Shown here: in pieces, positions 35,931 to 49,960 of the stretch | How the letters are laid out: each line of letters starts with the position of its first letter | Position numbering within the stretch: the first letter of the stretch is position 1 | Assembly: GCF_018977255.1 (NCBI RefSeq) | Contig: NW_024704742.1 | Location: forward strand, 116,748,001 to 116,808,000 | Source: Callorhinchus milii | Taxonomy: Eukaryota | Reading direction: 5' to 3' | Length of the DNA stretch: 60,000 bases | Made by a program: the position numbers and the translations under genes | Notes under the pieces: generated by a model | The model's database searches: none | Seen by the model: only the letters and a program-made list of their open reading frames with translations | What the model was told of the DNA's origin: nothing

Positions 35931-36572
35931 CTGTTTTAGAATATGATGTGTAATCCTTAGAGAACTCATTAGTTCATCTAACACGTTTCTTTCCTAAAGC
36001 ATGGACTTCAATTTGTTACAAAAATGGGTTTAAGGAAATTTTGCCAGATGGACACTTTGGAGACTATGACATTTCATTTTCTTTTAAATATAATTTTGTA
36101 GATTCTATTTTACCAATTTGCAATAAAACAAATTAATGTTACTGTGCAGTTTTAGCATCTGATCTTAAACACACCCTCTTTTTTCTTGTGAAATACTGTA
36201 CTTCTATGAAAACCTGATTTGCTTGCTCTATTAAACTGCATTTAAAAAAACTTGCCAATATAGACCTCTAACTGTGAACATTTACGCAAATCCATTTGAA
36301 CATTGATTTTATTTGTCAGAGGATAAGGCCACTCAGCCCACCATGTCTCCCACTGCTATCAGAAGAGTTTCAGATTTGCAGGGCCCTTGCATTCCATTTA
36401 TTGTTCTTCCTGAATACTCAGTCTACTATCTTTCAGTACAAATTTACATTTATATAACACCTTTTACATTGTAAAAGATGTCCCAAGGCATCATTGTAGC
36501 ATAAAGCTGTTTTGAGTCTCAGTCACCTTGCCTGGTAACCCTTTTCTTAACCATTTTATTATTAGTTACTGA

Positions 36573-36830
<258 letters not shown>

Positions 36831-36981
36831 TGATAGAATATTTCAGAGCTCATTCTACATGGTAATTTAGTTGTTTAAAAATAATGAAATCCTTGGGGAG
36901 GAAATAATTGTTTAATGAAATTAATTTATTGATTTGTGAAATTTTACTTGTTTTTCATCAGCATGAATTTTGTTTCCATAG

Positions 36982-37093
36982 GAGGTATTGAGCAGTGACA
37001 TCATAATCTTGACCATCACCCGCTGTTTAGCAATTTTCTACATATATTTCCAATTCCAGAACCTCCGACAGCTTGGTTCAAAGTATATGCTGG
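36982..37093 (+). CDS. HMGCR: HMGCR exon 3 (EVLSSDIII...YIYF...GSKYML)
   Basis: GT-AG, in frame, contains the Insig-binding YIYF and the K89-equivalent lysine. Confidence 0.97.
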
Positions 37094-37302
37094 GTATGGT
37101 CTGAACTACCATTTGATTCTAAAATTGAACTGTTAAAATATGTATACTTTTGCACCAGTGCCTTGGGACATCCTCCCGACGTGAAAGGCGCTATACAAAT
37201 GTAATTTTGTATTGTATATATTTTCAGTTTTGTTTCAGTTTTTATAATATTTGGGTTTGGGTAGCAGGGAAAACAAATGGAAAACAATTCTAATGCAGCT
37301 GA

Positions 37303-37410
<108 letters not shown>

Positions 37411-37639
37411 TGAGTCCTAACAATTAGAATACAACATTTTCATTTAAGTGAATATTGATTTTTTGAATATTATAGTTTAATGAAGCCTGCGTTTGCACAT
37501 TATAGAAGCTAATTCAGATTCTGCAATGTACTCTTAAATGCAAGATTGAGATGTGATTGATGCGGTAACTTTCAGGAGGTAGTAGTCATTATGACTTTGC
37601 TCCAGTTACAGTATAAATAGTTAGTCCAAAGCAAACCCT

Positions 37640-38365
37640 CAAACTGCAACATGTGGCATTCCTTGGAACTCTATCCTTGGCCCTCTCTTTGGATGCATGC
37701 TCAACCTCGTGGAGCCTGTGTGGAACCATGTTATCTTGGTTAACTCAACTGTCCTTTAAACCTCACATTCATGCTCTGAACTACTCAGCTTTTCCTCTAC
37801 TTCTGTAACATCTCCTGCATCCTCCACTACCTCTCGCACCAGGATGCCGTAACCCTAATCAATACTTTCACCATGTCCAGGCTAGATGTCAACTCTGTGG
37901 TTGTGGACTACTTGCTTCTTCCCTTCGCAAGCTGCAGCCTATCCACAACTTTGCAGCATGTGTCCTTTCCTGCACTAGGTTTTGCGAGCCTCTCACCCTC
38001 TCCAAACCCAACTCCACTAGCTCTCCATCCCCCAGTGGATCGAGTCCAGATGATCACCCTAACCTTTAAATCCTCCATGGTCTTCCCTCACCACATCTCT
38101 GTGACCTCCTCAAAACTCTCAAATCTGATCGTTCAACGTGCATATCTTCTTCATATCCCCTTCACTTTCAGCTTATCTATTGCTACTCGATAGAACTCCA
38201 TCCTGGAGTCCCTTGCCTTCAAGGTCTGCCTCAAGACCTTCCTCTTTGACTGCACCTTTGACCATCTTTCCCTCCTCGGCCCCCACCACCATCTTAGATG
38301 TCCCACCATCTTGGGACGTCCTCCCGATGTGAAAGGCGCTACACAAATGTAATCTTGTTGTTGTA
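37640..38365 (+). mobile_element. Degraded L2 fragment
   Basis: L2 homology ending in GGGACGTCCTCCCGATGTGAAAGGCGCT...(TTG)n. Confidence 0.7.
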
Positions 38366-39224
38366 GTAGATGCAAACTTTAAACTATCCAGTGTCTGGGC
38401 ATCCTCCCGATGTGAAAGGTGGTATATAAATTTACAAATACCTTTCGGGAGCATGTGGAAAAGTAAATTTTTACATTTGTTTATTAAAGTTTAAAATACT
38501 CCCCATGATGCCCTGCCCAATTGCTAAAAATAAATTCTTGCCTCAAATTTTCTTGCATAAAAGCATTGACTATAGACTGGGGATCAAATTTAGGATCTTC
38601 CTGATCTCTCTTCAGTTAGGGTCACACTATGTGTAAGCTTTACCAACAAAGATATTGGGAATTTGTTTTTTTAACATTAACAAGCGAACAGGTGTGCTAG
38701 TGAGCTGCAGCTCTGCCCCATAAACTGTAGTCATAATTCTATGTCTCCTGTAAATTATTTTAGCTCCTTATCAGTATTTGCATTCATTTTTAATTATTGC
38801 ATGGAGCCAGATTTACCATTGCTTTTCCATAGATATTGATTCAAGGATCAGTGCCTATAGTATGATTGGAATGCAGAAGAATATTTTAATTTAGAAAACA
38901 GTTTAGCTTCTCGACTCTTATAACTGGCAGATGATCACCCAAACTTCTGCCAATGCCACCTGTACTATTTTTTAATAGTGCCAGAATAAATGACTTGTGT
39001 AACTTTTTCTGTGAGAAAATTTGGTTCTATACTGTGCTTGGACAGAATGGCTAAAATTAGAAACGTGATGCTTAGGGTCGTCGTCCTGACATAAAAGGTG
39101 CTATATAAATGTAAATTTGTATCAGTGACAAGTCCTAATCCAGATTGCATTGCACTAAAGTGTAACAAACCTAAGGTTTTCAAATCAGTAAACAAAACAC
39201 CATAAGTATTGCTTGGTATTCAAT

Positions 39225-39707
39225 AAACAACAACAAAATTACATTTATAGAGCGCCCTTCACGTCGGGAGGTCGTCCCGAAGCACTGAACAGTCAGGTGT
39301 CGGGGCCCGAGCGGGGGAGGGGTGGTGTAGGGGTGAGGGAGGCAGAGAGGTGGGAGGGAGACCAAAGGCACGGTCGAAGAGAAGGGTCTTGAGACCGGCC
39401 TTGAAGGAGGGAAGGGAGGAAGCTAGGCGAAGGGAACGTGGGATGGAGTTCCAGAGTGTAGGGGCAGAGAGGCCGAAAGCTCGGCCACCGATGGTAGGGT
39501 GGGTCGAGCGGGAGCCATGGAGCAGGCCAGAGCCCGCTGAACAGAGGAAGCGGGCAGGTTGGTAGGGAGTCAGCAGGTCAGAGAGGTAGGAGGGGGCAAG
39601 GCCATGGATGGCCTTAAAGATTAGGACGAGGGTCTTGAACTCGATTCTCTGGGGGATGGGGAGCCAGTAGAGTCGGGCGAGAGTGAGAGTGATGGGGTCA
39701 TGGAGCC
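39225..39707 (-). mobile_element. L2 LINE 3' fragment
   Basis: Reverse-complement homology to 26120-26590. Confidence 0.85.
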
Positions 39708-39843
39708 TTTAATAAAACTAAATTATTGCTAAGAAATTCAAAATGACCATTAATTGCAGTTGTGAAAGCTAATGTATTTTTTCCACTTGAATTTTACAAT
39801 AATGGTTGCATTAGATTAATTCTAACCTGACATTTCTTCACAG

Positions 39844-39928
39844 TGAAGCCTTGCCATTCTTTCTGTTGCTGATTGATTTATCCAAAGCCAGTGCTCTTGC
39901 CAAATTTGCATTGAGCTCCAACTGCCAG
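39844..39928 (+). CDS. HMGCR: HMGCR exon 5 ([12 protein letters not shown]...SSNCQ)
   Basis: GT-AG, in frame. Confidence 0.97.
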
Positions 39929-41537
39929 GTACTGTACTGTACTTGTGTTCGGGAAATTATTTGTGATTGTTTTCTTGTGAGCAGATTTTTTCATGAGAAT
40001 GGCATTTTGATTTATCCAATTAATGTATTGATTATAAAAGAGTACAGAGTCCTTAGTGCTCAATTGTAAACATAGCAATCTTGATTAATACAGTAAAACT
40101 CACATAAGACTTATCCTTACAAATCGTATAATGGCCCAAGTTGTACATGCACCTGTGTCCCATTCAGTTTCCCAGCAAAAACACTTAGATTTCTTTGTAC
40201 TGGTTGTATTAATCATCTCCTAACTTGTAACGCCGCTCCTTTATCCTCCATTACTCCGCAGTTACTGGGTGCATTGAATCGTGAGAAATGTTGTCTTTGC
40301 CTCATGCGCAGAAGAACTTCATTTCCCGCAATTCAATGCGATTCCAAGACTTGCAGGTAAATGGGCATGCGACAACAGGTCAGGATATATTGAATCACTG
40401 AAAACGTTGTCTTGATCTGTCACCCCATACATACTTACCGGCTGCATTGAATTACGCATTATAGGGGAGATTATTGATTAAATCGGATTTTGTACGAATT
40501 ATTATACTTGCATTTGGTATAAGCCTTATCACGTTGTTGAGACACCTTAAAGCGCTTCACAGGATATACTATAAAGTGAATTTACAAATTTGCTTGCAAC
40601 TTGGACTTCATGTAAGTCATTAAATCTTATGGTCCTGACTGATACGACTTATTATGAGTTTTACTGAGTATAATTTGAGTTTGCAGGATAAGCTGACACT
40701 CTAATGCTGGGGGTGCATTGTATTCTCAGAGGTGGTGCTGTTCAGATGAAATTCAAGCCTCAGGAGCTTGTTCAGGTGGACGTTAAAGATCTCGTAGCAT
40801 CATTTGAAAAGAGAAAGGACTTTCTCCCAGTGTCCCAGACATATTTTATCCTGGATAAAATTATTGACTTGATGTTTGTTTGTATAACATTGCTATGCAC
40901 AAATTAACTGCCACGTTTGTGTACAAATACAGTCATTACACTTTATAGTAAATCCTTTGAAAGACTTTGAGACATCTCAATGACCTAGGCACAATACCAA
41001 ATGCAAGCATTATAATTAACTAGTACAGTAAGATTGGAGGTCGGAAGCTATTTCCCTGAAGGCAACAATTAATCTAGAATTCTATGCCCAAAGGTTAAGG
41101 GCCTCTTTGTACACTAGGGCAGGTATGTAAAGGTGAAGGCAAACATTTTTCAATTTTCCAGCCAGAATAGCACAGTAAACAAAACTACCCTTGTTCCACT
41201 TGTGTTGGCGTACATTTAATTATACCCTTAGGAAAATCTTGTTTTAGAATGAGTAATGTGTTTTGTTTTGGCCATATTATGATTTTGTCATCTGACTGTA
41301 AAGTTCTCTTGAGATTTGCCTACTAATTGGAACCAGTGGGAAATGACATGGCATATAATGATGACTCCTGCTCATGGTGTTTAATGTTTCACTCAAACGA
41401 TTAAAATATTTATAGCCCTGTTTCCATTAAATAGTTTAAATCAAATGTGCTCTTTTACCATGGCATTTGAACGTTATTGAGATATGCAAAAGTTCTTTGT
41501 TATAAACTTTCAATTCTAAAACATAGTTTTTTTTTAG

Positions 41538-41672
<135 letters not shown>

Positions 41673-41942
41673 TAACATAAACATTTTGGGGCAGTGGTGC
41701 TGTTTTCAAAGGTAGATGAAGAAGTAAGTGAGGTATACCATTGAGTGGTAAGGTGCAGGTTAGAACACATGCATCAGATTGTGGCGTAGCCCCATGTCAG
41801 GTGCTTCTCTACAGAAGAATGCTTGGTAATTGCTTCACACTTAGCAGCAGATTTACAAAGTACAATCAAGTCTTATCCAGAGAGTGTGCACAAAAGAGGA
41901 GGAAAACACTTAGCAAAAACAAATCAGAGGGGTAATTGTTAA

Positions 41943-42083
<141 letters not shown>

Positions 42084-42322
42084 TAAACATTTTCTGTTCT
42101 GCTATATTGAAGCCTTTTTATGTGTTTGAGATGTTTTGATAATGTGATAAGACACTACAATAATACAGGGATTATTATTTTATTATGTATTTGTCAATTT
42201 ACATTAAGGGAAATCTGTTTTCCGATTGCGTTTTATTCTGGGGACTAATTACTGATCTACTTTCCTAGTAACTCTTATCAACATTGCCAATTTGGTGTGA
42301 GGGCACAACTTTGGAAAAAAGC

Positions 42323-42660
42323 TTATAATTGGGGCTTCTTCTTTAAGGGGTTTGGAGTTCTAAAAAATCGGGGTAGGGGGGGCTTTCTCTTGTAATGAGA
42401 AGATTCAGACGTGCCTGCGCACATGGAGGGGAAACATGCAACCTTCATGCATGTACAGTGCCTCCTTCCTCTCACGTGCGTTACCAGATGTACCTGTGCA
42501 CACGGAGGGGAGATGGAGAGAAAGAGAGTAATATATGTGCAGTTGGTGTCAGGGCAGGTAGCCATTTGAATAAGCACCAATTTCATGTTTTTTTGTGTTG
42601 GGTTCAATATTAAAAAAATTTTTTTTGGTTAAAACTGAAAATCGGAAGCCCGAATTATAA
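42323..42660. mobile_element. MITE-like element with 16-bp TIRs
   Basis: TTATAATTGGGGCTTC ... GAAGCCCGAATTATAA. Confidence 0.6.
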
Positions 42661-43459
42661 TGTTCTTAAAACTCTAATAATGTTTCACTATTATGCTTTG
42701 ACGTTAGAATTTCCCAATAATAATAATAATAATACTTGCATTTGAGATGTCTTCCCAGAAGATACTGTAAATTGAATTGACTGTATATTTTGTGGACGAA
42801 ATGAGGCAGCCAATTGTTATGCACCTCATGTAAGAAGAGGTTAGCTTAAGCAACACTCTCCTTCACACAAAGAGGATCCAAAAAGGAATAAAATTAATTG
42901 TAAAAGTGTTTTAATCCTTGGAGTTCTGGTGATGAGTTCTGACTTTGAACTCAGTCTAGGCTGACACTCCACTGCGGTCCTGAGGCAGCGCTAGAGGTTT
43001 CTTCCTTTGAACTTGACGCTAATTGAGATCTTGTCTGACTGTTCAGGTGTATGTTAAAGTTCCTATGGCACTATTTGAAAAGACAACAGAGTTTCTCCCA
43101 GGCTCTTGGCCAGAACCCCACAAATAAACTTGGTTTGTGGGACATTTCGGTGTGCAAATTGGCTGCCACTTACACATTAATGATTACACTTTACAGTAAA
43201 TCCTGTGAAGCACTTTGAGGTGTTCTCTTGATGTGAAAGGCACTGTATTAAATGCATATTATATTTATAAATTGTTCTCAACTTTGTTCATGGTAATTCT
43301 TCTAAACATTGTCAGATGATCATTCAGTCATCCAGCACATTTTATTCCACCTGCTGGTGTCTTGATTAAATTCTTTTTTAATTTACAAGTGAGGTCCATA
43401 ATAATAAGTGGTCAATATCTGGTCTTTTAGAACCACTAAATACTAATCTTGTTCCTCAG

Positions 43460-43579
43460 CTCTCCCGGGAAAGTCGTGAGGGTCGACCAATTTGGCAGCT
43501 TGGCCAATTTGCACGAGTCTTGGAGGAAGAAGAAGACAATAAGCCAAATCCTGTGACACAGAGAGTGAAAATTATCATG
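43460..43579 (+). CDS. HMGCR: HMGCR exon 8 ([10 protein letters not shown]...[13 protein letters not shown])
   Basis: GT-AG, in frame, contains the K248-equivalent ubiquitination site. Confidence 0.97.
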
Positions 43580-43903
43580 GTTAGTATGAAAGTGCAACTT
43601 TCTGTAGCCTGGTTAACATTTTGTCGCTTGGCATCTTTTTGCACTGAGAGTTACCTTCCACTCAAACAACTTAGCTTGTCAGATATTTAGAAATCTGCTT
43701 CTATGATTTGGATATGTGAACTCACATTTTCCCAAAAGAGTGGACCAAAGTAATATTGCAGTTGTCTGTATATTTTGATATACCCCATTATGAGGTTAAG
43801 CAATTACGGCTTATCTTTTTGTGCTAGTTGCATTGTAAACTATTTGCCTGCGCTGTGGACAGCTCAATACATTGTACATAATGCAATATTTCTTTGTCCC
43901 CAG

Positions 43904-44064
43904 TCTCTAGGATTAGTTCTGGTTCATGCTCATAGCCGCTGGATAGCAGAGCCATCTTCACAGGATAATGGTCTAGAAATGCCTAAATCTGGAACAGGAT
44001 TGGATGAAAGCATGCCAAAACGAATTGATCCAGATGTACCCCTGTGGCACTTCTACCTCTCTAG
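43904..44064 (+). CDS. HMGCR: HMGCR exon 9 ([13 protein letters not shown]...WHFYLSR)
   Basis: GT-AG, in frame. Confidence 0.97.
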
Positions 44065-44860
44065 GTAATTAAGTTCATAGTGCGGAGGTGTTGCATTACA
44101 TTGATTCCCAGGTAGGGCGAAACGTTGGATATGTTTCCTTCCATCCAATTTCTTGGATGTGGTCTTTAATTCAGATCAGACAGGCCATAACTACTCAAAA
44201 CATGTTATTAAATAGGCAGTTTCTAGGGGCCCTAATTTATTTAAATAAATTAATTAAATATTTAAAAAATAAAATAATTTGGTCACTTGATCTACAACTG
44301 TTTGTAGGTCAATTCACTTTACAGTATATTCTGTGAAGCGCTTTGAGACGTCTAGAAGACGTGATGATATCAAATGCAAGGATTATTATTATTGTGGGCT
44401 AAAATATACTTTCATGTAGAAGTTTGCTGAGTGGTTTAATGGTTTGTTCTGCAACCTACCAAGCCTCATCCAACTTCTGTAGTAATGGCATGGCCACAGG
44501 GTTTTGATTGGAGAAAAGGAGGCAAGCTGTTTTAATAGCTGGAAAAATACTAGTTATTTTTAATATCATTCCTCAAACACAAATGTTTCCAGTAGGTAGT
44601 TTTGCCTCTGAACTTTACTTTGAAAATATATTAGCCCATATTTGTAAGCTTTGTGTTATTTATGGAGATCTGCTATTGTGTGGGATACAATATTTTCCTA
44701 TATGTAAAGTATGTATTTTGACCCTTCATTGGTTCTTAGCACATGGAAAATGGTTCAAAATCTAAAAGTAAGCAAATGTTCTCAATACTTGTAAATTGTT
44801 GACTGTAGTTGTAAAATGTTTTGCAGCATTTGTTTAAATGGCTTTTTTCCCCCTACACAG

Positions 44861-45102
44861 AATGATTAGCATGGATGTGGAGCAGGTGATCACTCTCGGC
44901 CTCGCACTCTTACTTGCTATCAAATACATCTTCTTCGAACAGACCGAGAATGAGTCCACTCTCTCACTGAAGAATCCGATTACATCTCCTTTGGTGATGC
45001 AGAAAAAGAGCCCAGATAATTGCTGTCGGAATAATGTTGAAATAGCCAGATTGCAACCAAAATCTCAAAACAACACAGAACCAGCCAGTAAAGAGGAAAC
45101 TG
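44861..45102 (+). CDS. HMGCR: HMGCR exon 10 ([12 protein letters not shown]...SKEET)
   Basis: GT-AG, last transmembrane helix plus linker, in frame. Confidence 0.95.
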
Positions 45103-45276
45103 GTACATTTTTCAGATGTTTCTTATGTTCCCACAGTAGATCTCAGCAATTAAGGTCATAACTTAAAATATGACCTTACTGGTCTATCAGAATTAGAACA
45201 TTCATTCAAATTTCTTGGATGTGGGTGTTAATTCAGATCAGACGGGCCCAAACTGCTCATATCTGTTAAATTGGCA

Positions 45277-45703
45277 GTTTCTAGGGACCCTAAAGTTGGT
45301 GATAAGTGAGGTTGGTATTCAGGAAAAATGTCAGAAAATTTATAGAACTTTATTGTAAACGCATAAATATGGAGTCCATAAAATACCATATAATGGAGGC
45401 AATATGAAAAGTGACCCCAGTCAGTGCATTGTGTATGCAGGCAGAAAGGAGTCTGACTTCCCAAGCTATAAATTGCCTGACTTGTGGCTCATCAGTTCAC
45501 CACTGATGTAATTTCCTGCACACTGCGCATGCACTGGAAACGTCCAGCACATATTGCACATGCATGACGCAAAGGATAGTGGTGACATAACGTCCTGGAG
45601 GTTGGACATTTTTCAGCATGTGGGAAGCCAGCTGGTCCACATGCAAAGCACATTTTTCCTGATACCAACCTCACTTAGCACCAACTTTAGGGTCCCTAGA
45701 AAC
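45277..45703. mobile_element. MITE-like element with ~54-bp terminal inverted repeats
   Basis: 45277-45331 is the near-perfect reverse complement of 45650-45703. Confidence 0.75.
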
Positions 45704-46142
45704 CATGAGCCCATCGAGTATGTGAGCTGGTGTTATAAGCAAACCCACCTGGTTGGGGGGAGGGGGTGGTTCTGCTGTATGTGGCTTGTGGCATACCTAC
45801 CCTTGGAGCACTTTATACACTGGTGGATAAAAAATGAAATATTCTATACCCTCCATTGCATTATTTTCTGAATTTAATAGTTATGTTTAATGGTCCAGTT
45901 TCTCACATAACTATTTGCTTGCAAATCATCAAGATTGTGCTTGTTCAAGGAACAGTGCATATAGAATTCTGTTATTGATGCAATAAAGCTACTTTTTAAT
46001 GTGTATTCCTGCAAAAAGGAACCATTCAGTCATTAGTTGCATTCATCCAGTCTTGCAAATTTTTATAATATGTTTGGGAAGGAAGAGGTGCGTGATATTG
46101 CATTTTGTTATAATGAATAAATACAATTATCTTTTGTTGCAG

Positions 46143-46333
46143 ATGCAGTCATTAAGCCCATTGAGTCTTTTGTAACTAAATTGGTCGATCATAAATCAAA
46201 AGCGTTGTTTGTGTTGGGTGACAACACTCCTCCTGACTCCCAATCTTCAGGAACACCAGAAGAATTAGACATTGAGTTTCCACTAGACCCACGTCCAGTT
46301 GTGGAGTGCTTGTCCATATTCAAAAATCCTGAG
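46143..46333 (+). CDS. HMGCR: HMGCR exon 11, linker (DAVIKPI...PRPVVECLSIFKNPE)
   Basis: GT-AG, phase 1->0. Confidence 0.93.
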
Positions 46334-46909
46334 GTAAAAGATCCATGTTTTTGTCAGTCTAATATTTTGGAATCTCCACAAAAAATTTGAAATATGTTGT
46401 ATCTAAATAATCCATCGAACTTCACATTTACATTATACTGCTTCATCTTCAATTTCATCTGTTGAGAAAGGAATGATGTTTAATACAGATGTTTGATTTA
46501 GGGCTAATCAATCCATTGAATATCCCCTAGTTTCCTTAGTTACCAATTATTGTTGATTGAGATATACAAGTCCAGGAATGGGAGTACCAGGTAATTTCAT
46601 ATTGAGCAAAGCAGTTGTTTACACTTGCTAAAGAATGATGAAGACGTGTATATATTGGCAATATGAACTGCACTTGAATTTAAGTTACATAATTACTTGA
46701 GATATTTCTGATCATTGGTGATTGAATAAAATCCCCTTTTAACTGGCCTACATATTTCAATTGAGAAAGGAATGATGTTTAATACAGATGTTTGATTTAG
46801 AACTAATCCAATCAATTCAATATCCACTAGCTTCCTTAGTTACCAGTTCCTTAGATTATTTAGATCTAAGTTTATGAATTACCAAGTAAGGATGTTTTTT
46901 TTCCTATAG

Positions 46910-47104
46910 AAAGGAGCAAAATTCCTGACTGATGATGAAGTAATTCGTCTTGTAAATGCCAAACACATTCCAGCTTACAAACTTGAGAATATGATGGAAA
47001 CTCCAGAACGTGGTGTGTTCATTCGTAGACAGATGCTGGCTCCAAAACTTCCCGATCCCTTTGCACTGCAGTGTCTTCCCTATGGGGATTATGATTACTC
47101 ACTC
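46910..47104 (+). CDS. HMGCR: HMGCR exon 12 ([11 protein letters not shown]...YDYSL)
   Basis: GT-AG, start of the catalytic domain. Confidence 0.97.
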
Positions 47105-47789
47105 GTAAGTACATCAATAATTTTTTTTATTTAAAAAGTGTAGAAGGAAGAAAGAAATGCATTATCTCCATAGTGAATGGATATATAAATGATTTGTAAT
47201 GTAATTGTGGCTTGTTTTGAAACTCAAAATTCTCATTTGTATTTTGAGCTGGCCTTGACTAGATTTACGAACTTTAGAGTATAAGTGGGTTTGTTTTAGT
47301 TATCCTTTCTCCTGAGATTCACATTAGTTAAGGAATTGTTTTGGCCAATAGAGGGACTTGACACACATGGAAACACACCACCATCTTTAAAAGTATCACA
47401 ACCAGATTGAGTTCCATGTATGCCAACAGCACATGGAAATGTCTGTGTTTGGCATGGAATCATACTCTCTACCCTGGGAGAGACATCCTGTTTACTGGCA
47501 ACTGTCTGGATGGAAGAAGGAGATCAAAAGGAACAAATGATTTTTCTTCATAGACTCTTGTGAGGTTGAATACATTAAGATTACTGATGTCCTGTATATT
47601 TTTTTCTCCTGGCCCCTTGATTGCCTCCAGCTAAGTGGAATGCTGAATGTCTTCCTTGAAGATATTTTCTCTTCTTATAGCAGTTGAGATCAGGACCTCA
47701 GAGAATCAAGAAGTATCAGTTTGCTACTCTAATGGCTTTTTGTTAATATTAAGTGCTAAATAATAATTGTTTAACTAAGTGCTAATTGT

Positions 47790-48092
47790 GGAGTCCTGTA
47801 GCTCAGTGGTTAGAGCCCTCGCTTCGCAAGGGTTCGATTCCAGGCAGGGGTGAAACCTTAGGCAAGTTTTCTTACTCCACACGCCTGTAACAATCCCTCA
47901 AGAAAAAAGAACAATAATAAAATTGGTCACTTCAATCCATGACTGTTTGTGGGACGCTGCTGTGTGCAATTGGCTGCTGCGTTTTGCCCACAAATATACA
48001 GTCAATTCACTTTACAGTATAATTTGTGAAGTGCTTTGATACGTCTAGAAGACGTGAAAAGCGTTATATCAAATGCAAGGATTATTATTAAT
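47790..48092 (+). mobile_element. SINE with TSD TAATTGT
   Basis: Same family, TAATTGT on both flanks. Confidence 0.9.
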
Positions 48093-48278
48093 AGTAATTG
48101 TTCACCCATTAAAACAGTCACTGCATTTTACAGTATATAAGTGCTTTGTGATGTCTTACTGAACTGAAAGGCCCTATATACCAAATGTTATTATGTAAAT
48201 ACTTTTTNATATTAATACAATTGGCAAATATGAGATCAGTTGGAAGATTTTACATGGTCTTTTAATTTTAACGATTAG

Positions 48279-48446
<168 letters not shown>

Positions 48447-48562
48447 TAGCTTTGAAACTTTAGTTTATGAAATAGAATAATAACGTGAGGTTCAGAAGGT
48501 CAGATGTCACACTGTTTAGTACTTTGTAATAATGGGTGTGTATTGTTAACTTTGAATTGAAG

Positions 48563-48720
48563 CTTGGTGGTGGAGCACAGAGTCGAATCCTGGCAGATGG
48601 AATGACAAGAGGACCTGTGGTGAGGTTACCCACTGCATGTCAAGCTGCAGAGGTGAAGGCCTGGCTGGAGAGTGCTGAAGGCTTCCAGATTATGAAGGAG
48701 AGGTTTGATAGCACTAGCAG
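48563..48720 (+). CDS. HMGCR: HMGCR exon 14 ([18 protein letters not shown]...FDSTSR)
   Basis: In frame, AAG acceptor, donor CAG|GTGAGT. Confidence 0.96.
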
Positions 48721-49040
48721 GTGAGTTTTTTTTTTCACCTTTTAACAAATAAGCAAGGACACTCTTGGTAGTGATCTAGAGCTGCAGACATTGTAATGGT
48801 ATCACGACTTTTTGGTCACCATGTTATAGTCTTTTGAAAGAGTCTAAACAGATCTCCTTCTGTTAGTTTTATTTTGCAGCCAGGCCAAGAGCTAATGAAA
48901 TCTACAAACTGGCAACTTGTCCAGTTGAGTTAGACTGTAGTGGAGATAAATCAGAACTGTGCATTCAGTGATGAACTAGTCTTAATTTGCTATATATAAA
49001 ATCAAGTACTTTATTCCCTGTCCATCCGTCCCCCATCCAG

Positions 49041-49146
49041 ATTTGCCCGGCTACAGAAGCTGCAGATTGGACTTGCTGGACGTAACCTTTATATCCGATT
49101 TCAGTCCAGGTCTGGAGATGCCATGGGCATGAATATGATTTCAAAA
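49041..49146 (+). CDS. HMGCR: HMGCR exon 15 (FARLQK...[11 protein letters not shown])
   Basis: NADPH-binding DAMGMN motif, GT-AG. Confidence 0.98.
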
Positions 49147-49410
49147 GTAGGTTATTTCTGATGATAAATGGTTGGCTATAGTAAACACAGATGTAGTTCA
49201 TATTTTATCTGCACTGTTCTATGATGTTAAGAATGAGGAAGACCATAACTTATATTAATGTAACGTTTTTCATGGTATAAAATGTCTTGGGACACTAGTT
49301 ATGTGACATGTGAATCTTGGTGAAAATGTTGGCTCTGGCATGGATTTTGTGCTACAGTATTGGCAAGAGAGCTGCACACTGGGCACAGCAAAAATGTTAT
49401 TTTCTCCCCC

Positions 49411-49620
49411 CCTTGGGCAAGTTTCTTACTCCACACGTCTGATAATAATCCCTCAAGAAAATAAAATCCAATCCACAACTGTTTGTAGGACACTGCTGTG
49501 TGCAATTGGCTGCTGCGTTTCGCTCAAAATATACAGTCAATTCACTTTCCAGTATATTCTATGAAGCGCTTTGAGACATCTAGAAGACATGAAAAGTGCT
49601 ATATCAAATGCAAGGATTAT
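49411..49620 (+). mobile_element. 5'-truncated SINE
   Basis: Core and tail of the family, no tRNA head. Confidence 0.85.
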
Positions 49621-49683
49621 ATGTACAGGTGTATATATTATATCACATTATATTGTATTACATTTTTCTTCTCCCTCTCTTAG

Positions 49684-49854
49684 GGCACAGAGAATGCTCT
49701 CATCAGGTTAGTGGAGGAGTTTCCATTAGTCCATGTCCTTGCGGTTAGTGGCAACTATTGCACTGACAAGAAATCTGCTGCTATTAATTGGATTGAGGGA
49801 AGGGGAAAGTCTGTTGTATGTGAAGGAATCATTCCAGCTAAAGTTGTGCGAGAG
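49684..49854 (+). CDS. HMGCR: HMGCR exon 16 (GTENAL...[15 protein letters not shown]...VVRE)
   Basis: cis-loop motif, GT-AG. Confidence 0.98.
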
Positions 49855-49960
49855 GTATGTCTGCCTTAGCTATTAATGTTTCATTGACTTAGCCTTTCAA
49901 TATCTTTGTTTTCAGGTCATTATATGGGATTAATATTTAAATTGATTTGTTTTTCTTTAG

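Noticed and set aside
46461..46560. C/D box snoRNA in the intron 11 duplication
   Set aside because: ATGATGT is not a full C box, and there is no terminal CTGA or closing stem.
48208..48208. Ambiguous base N (also at 59711)
   Set aside because: Single-base assembly ambiguities in homopolymer runs outside coding sequence.
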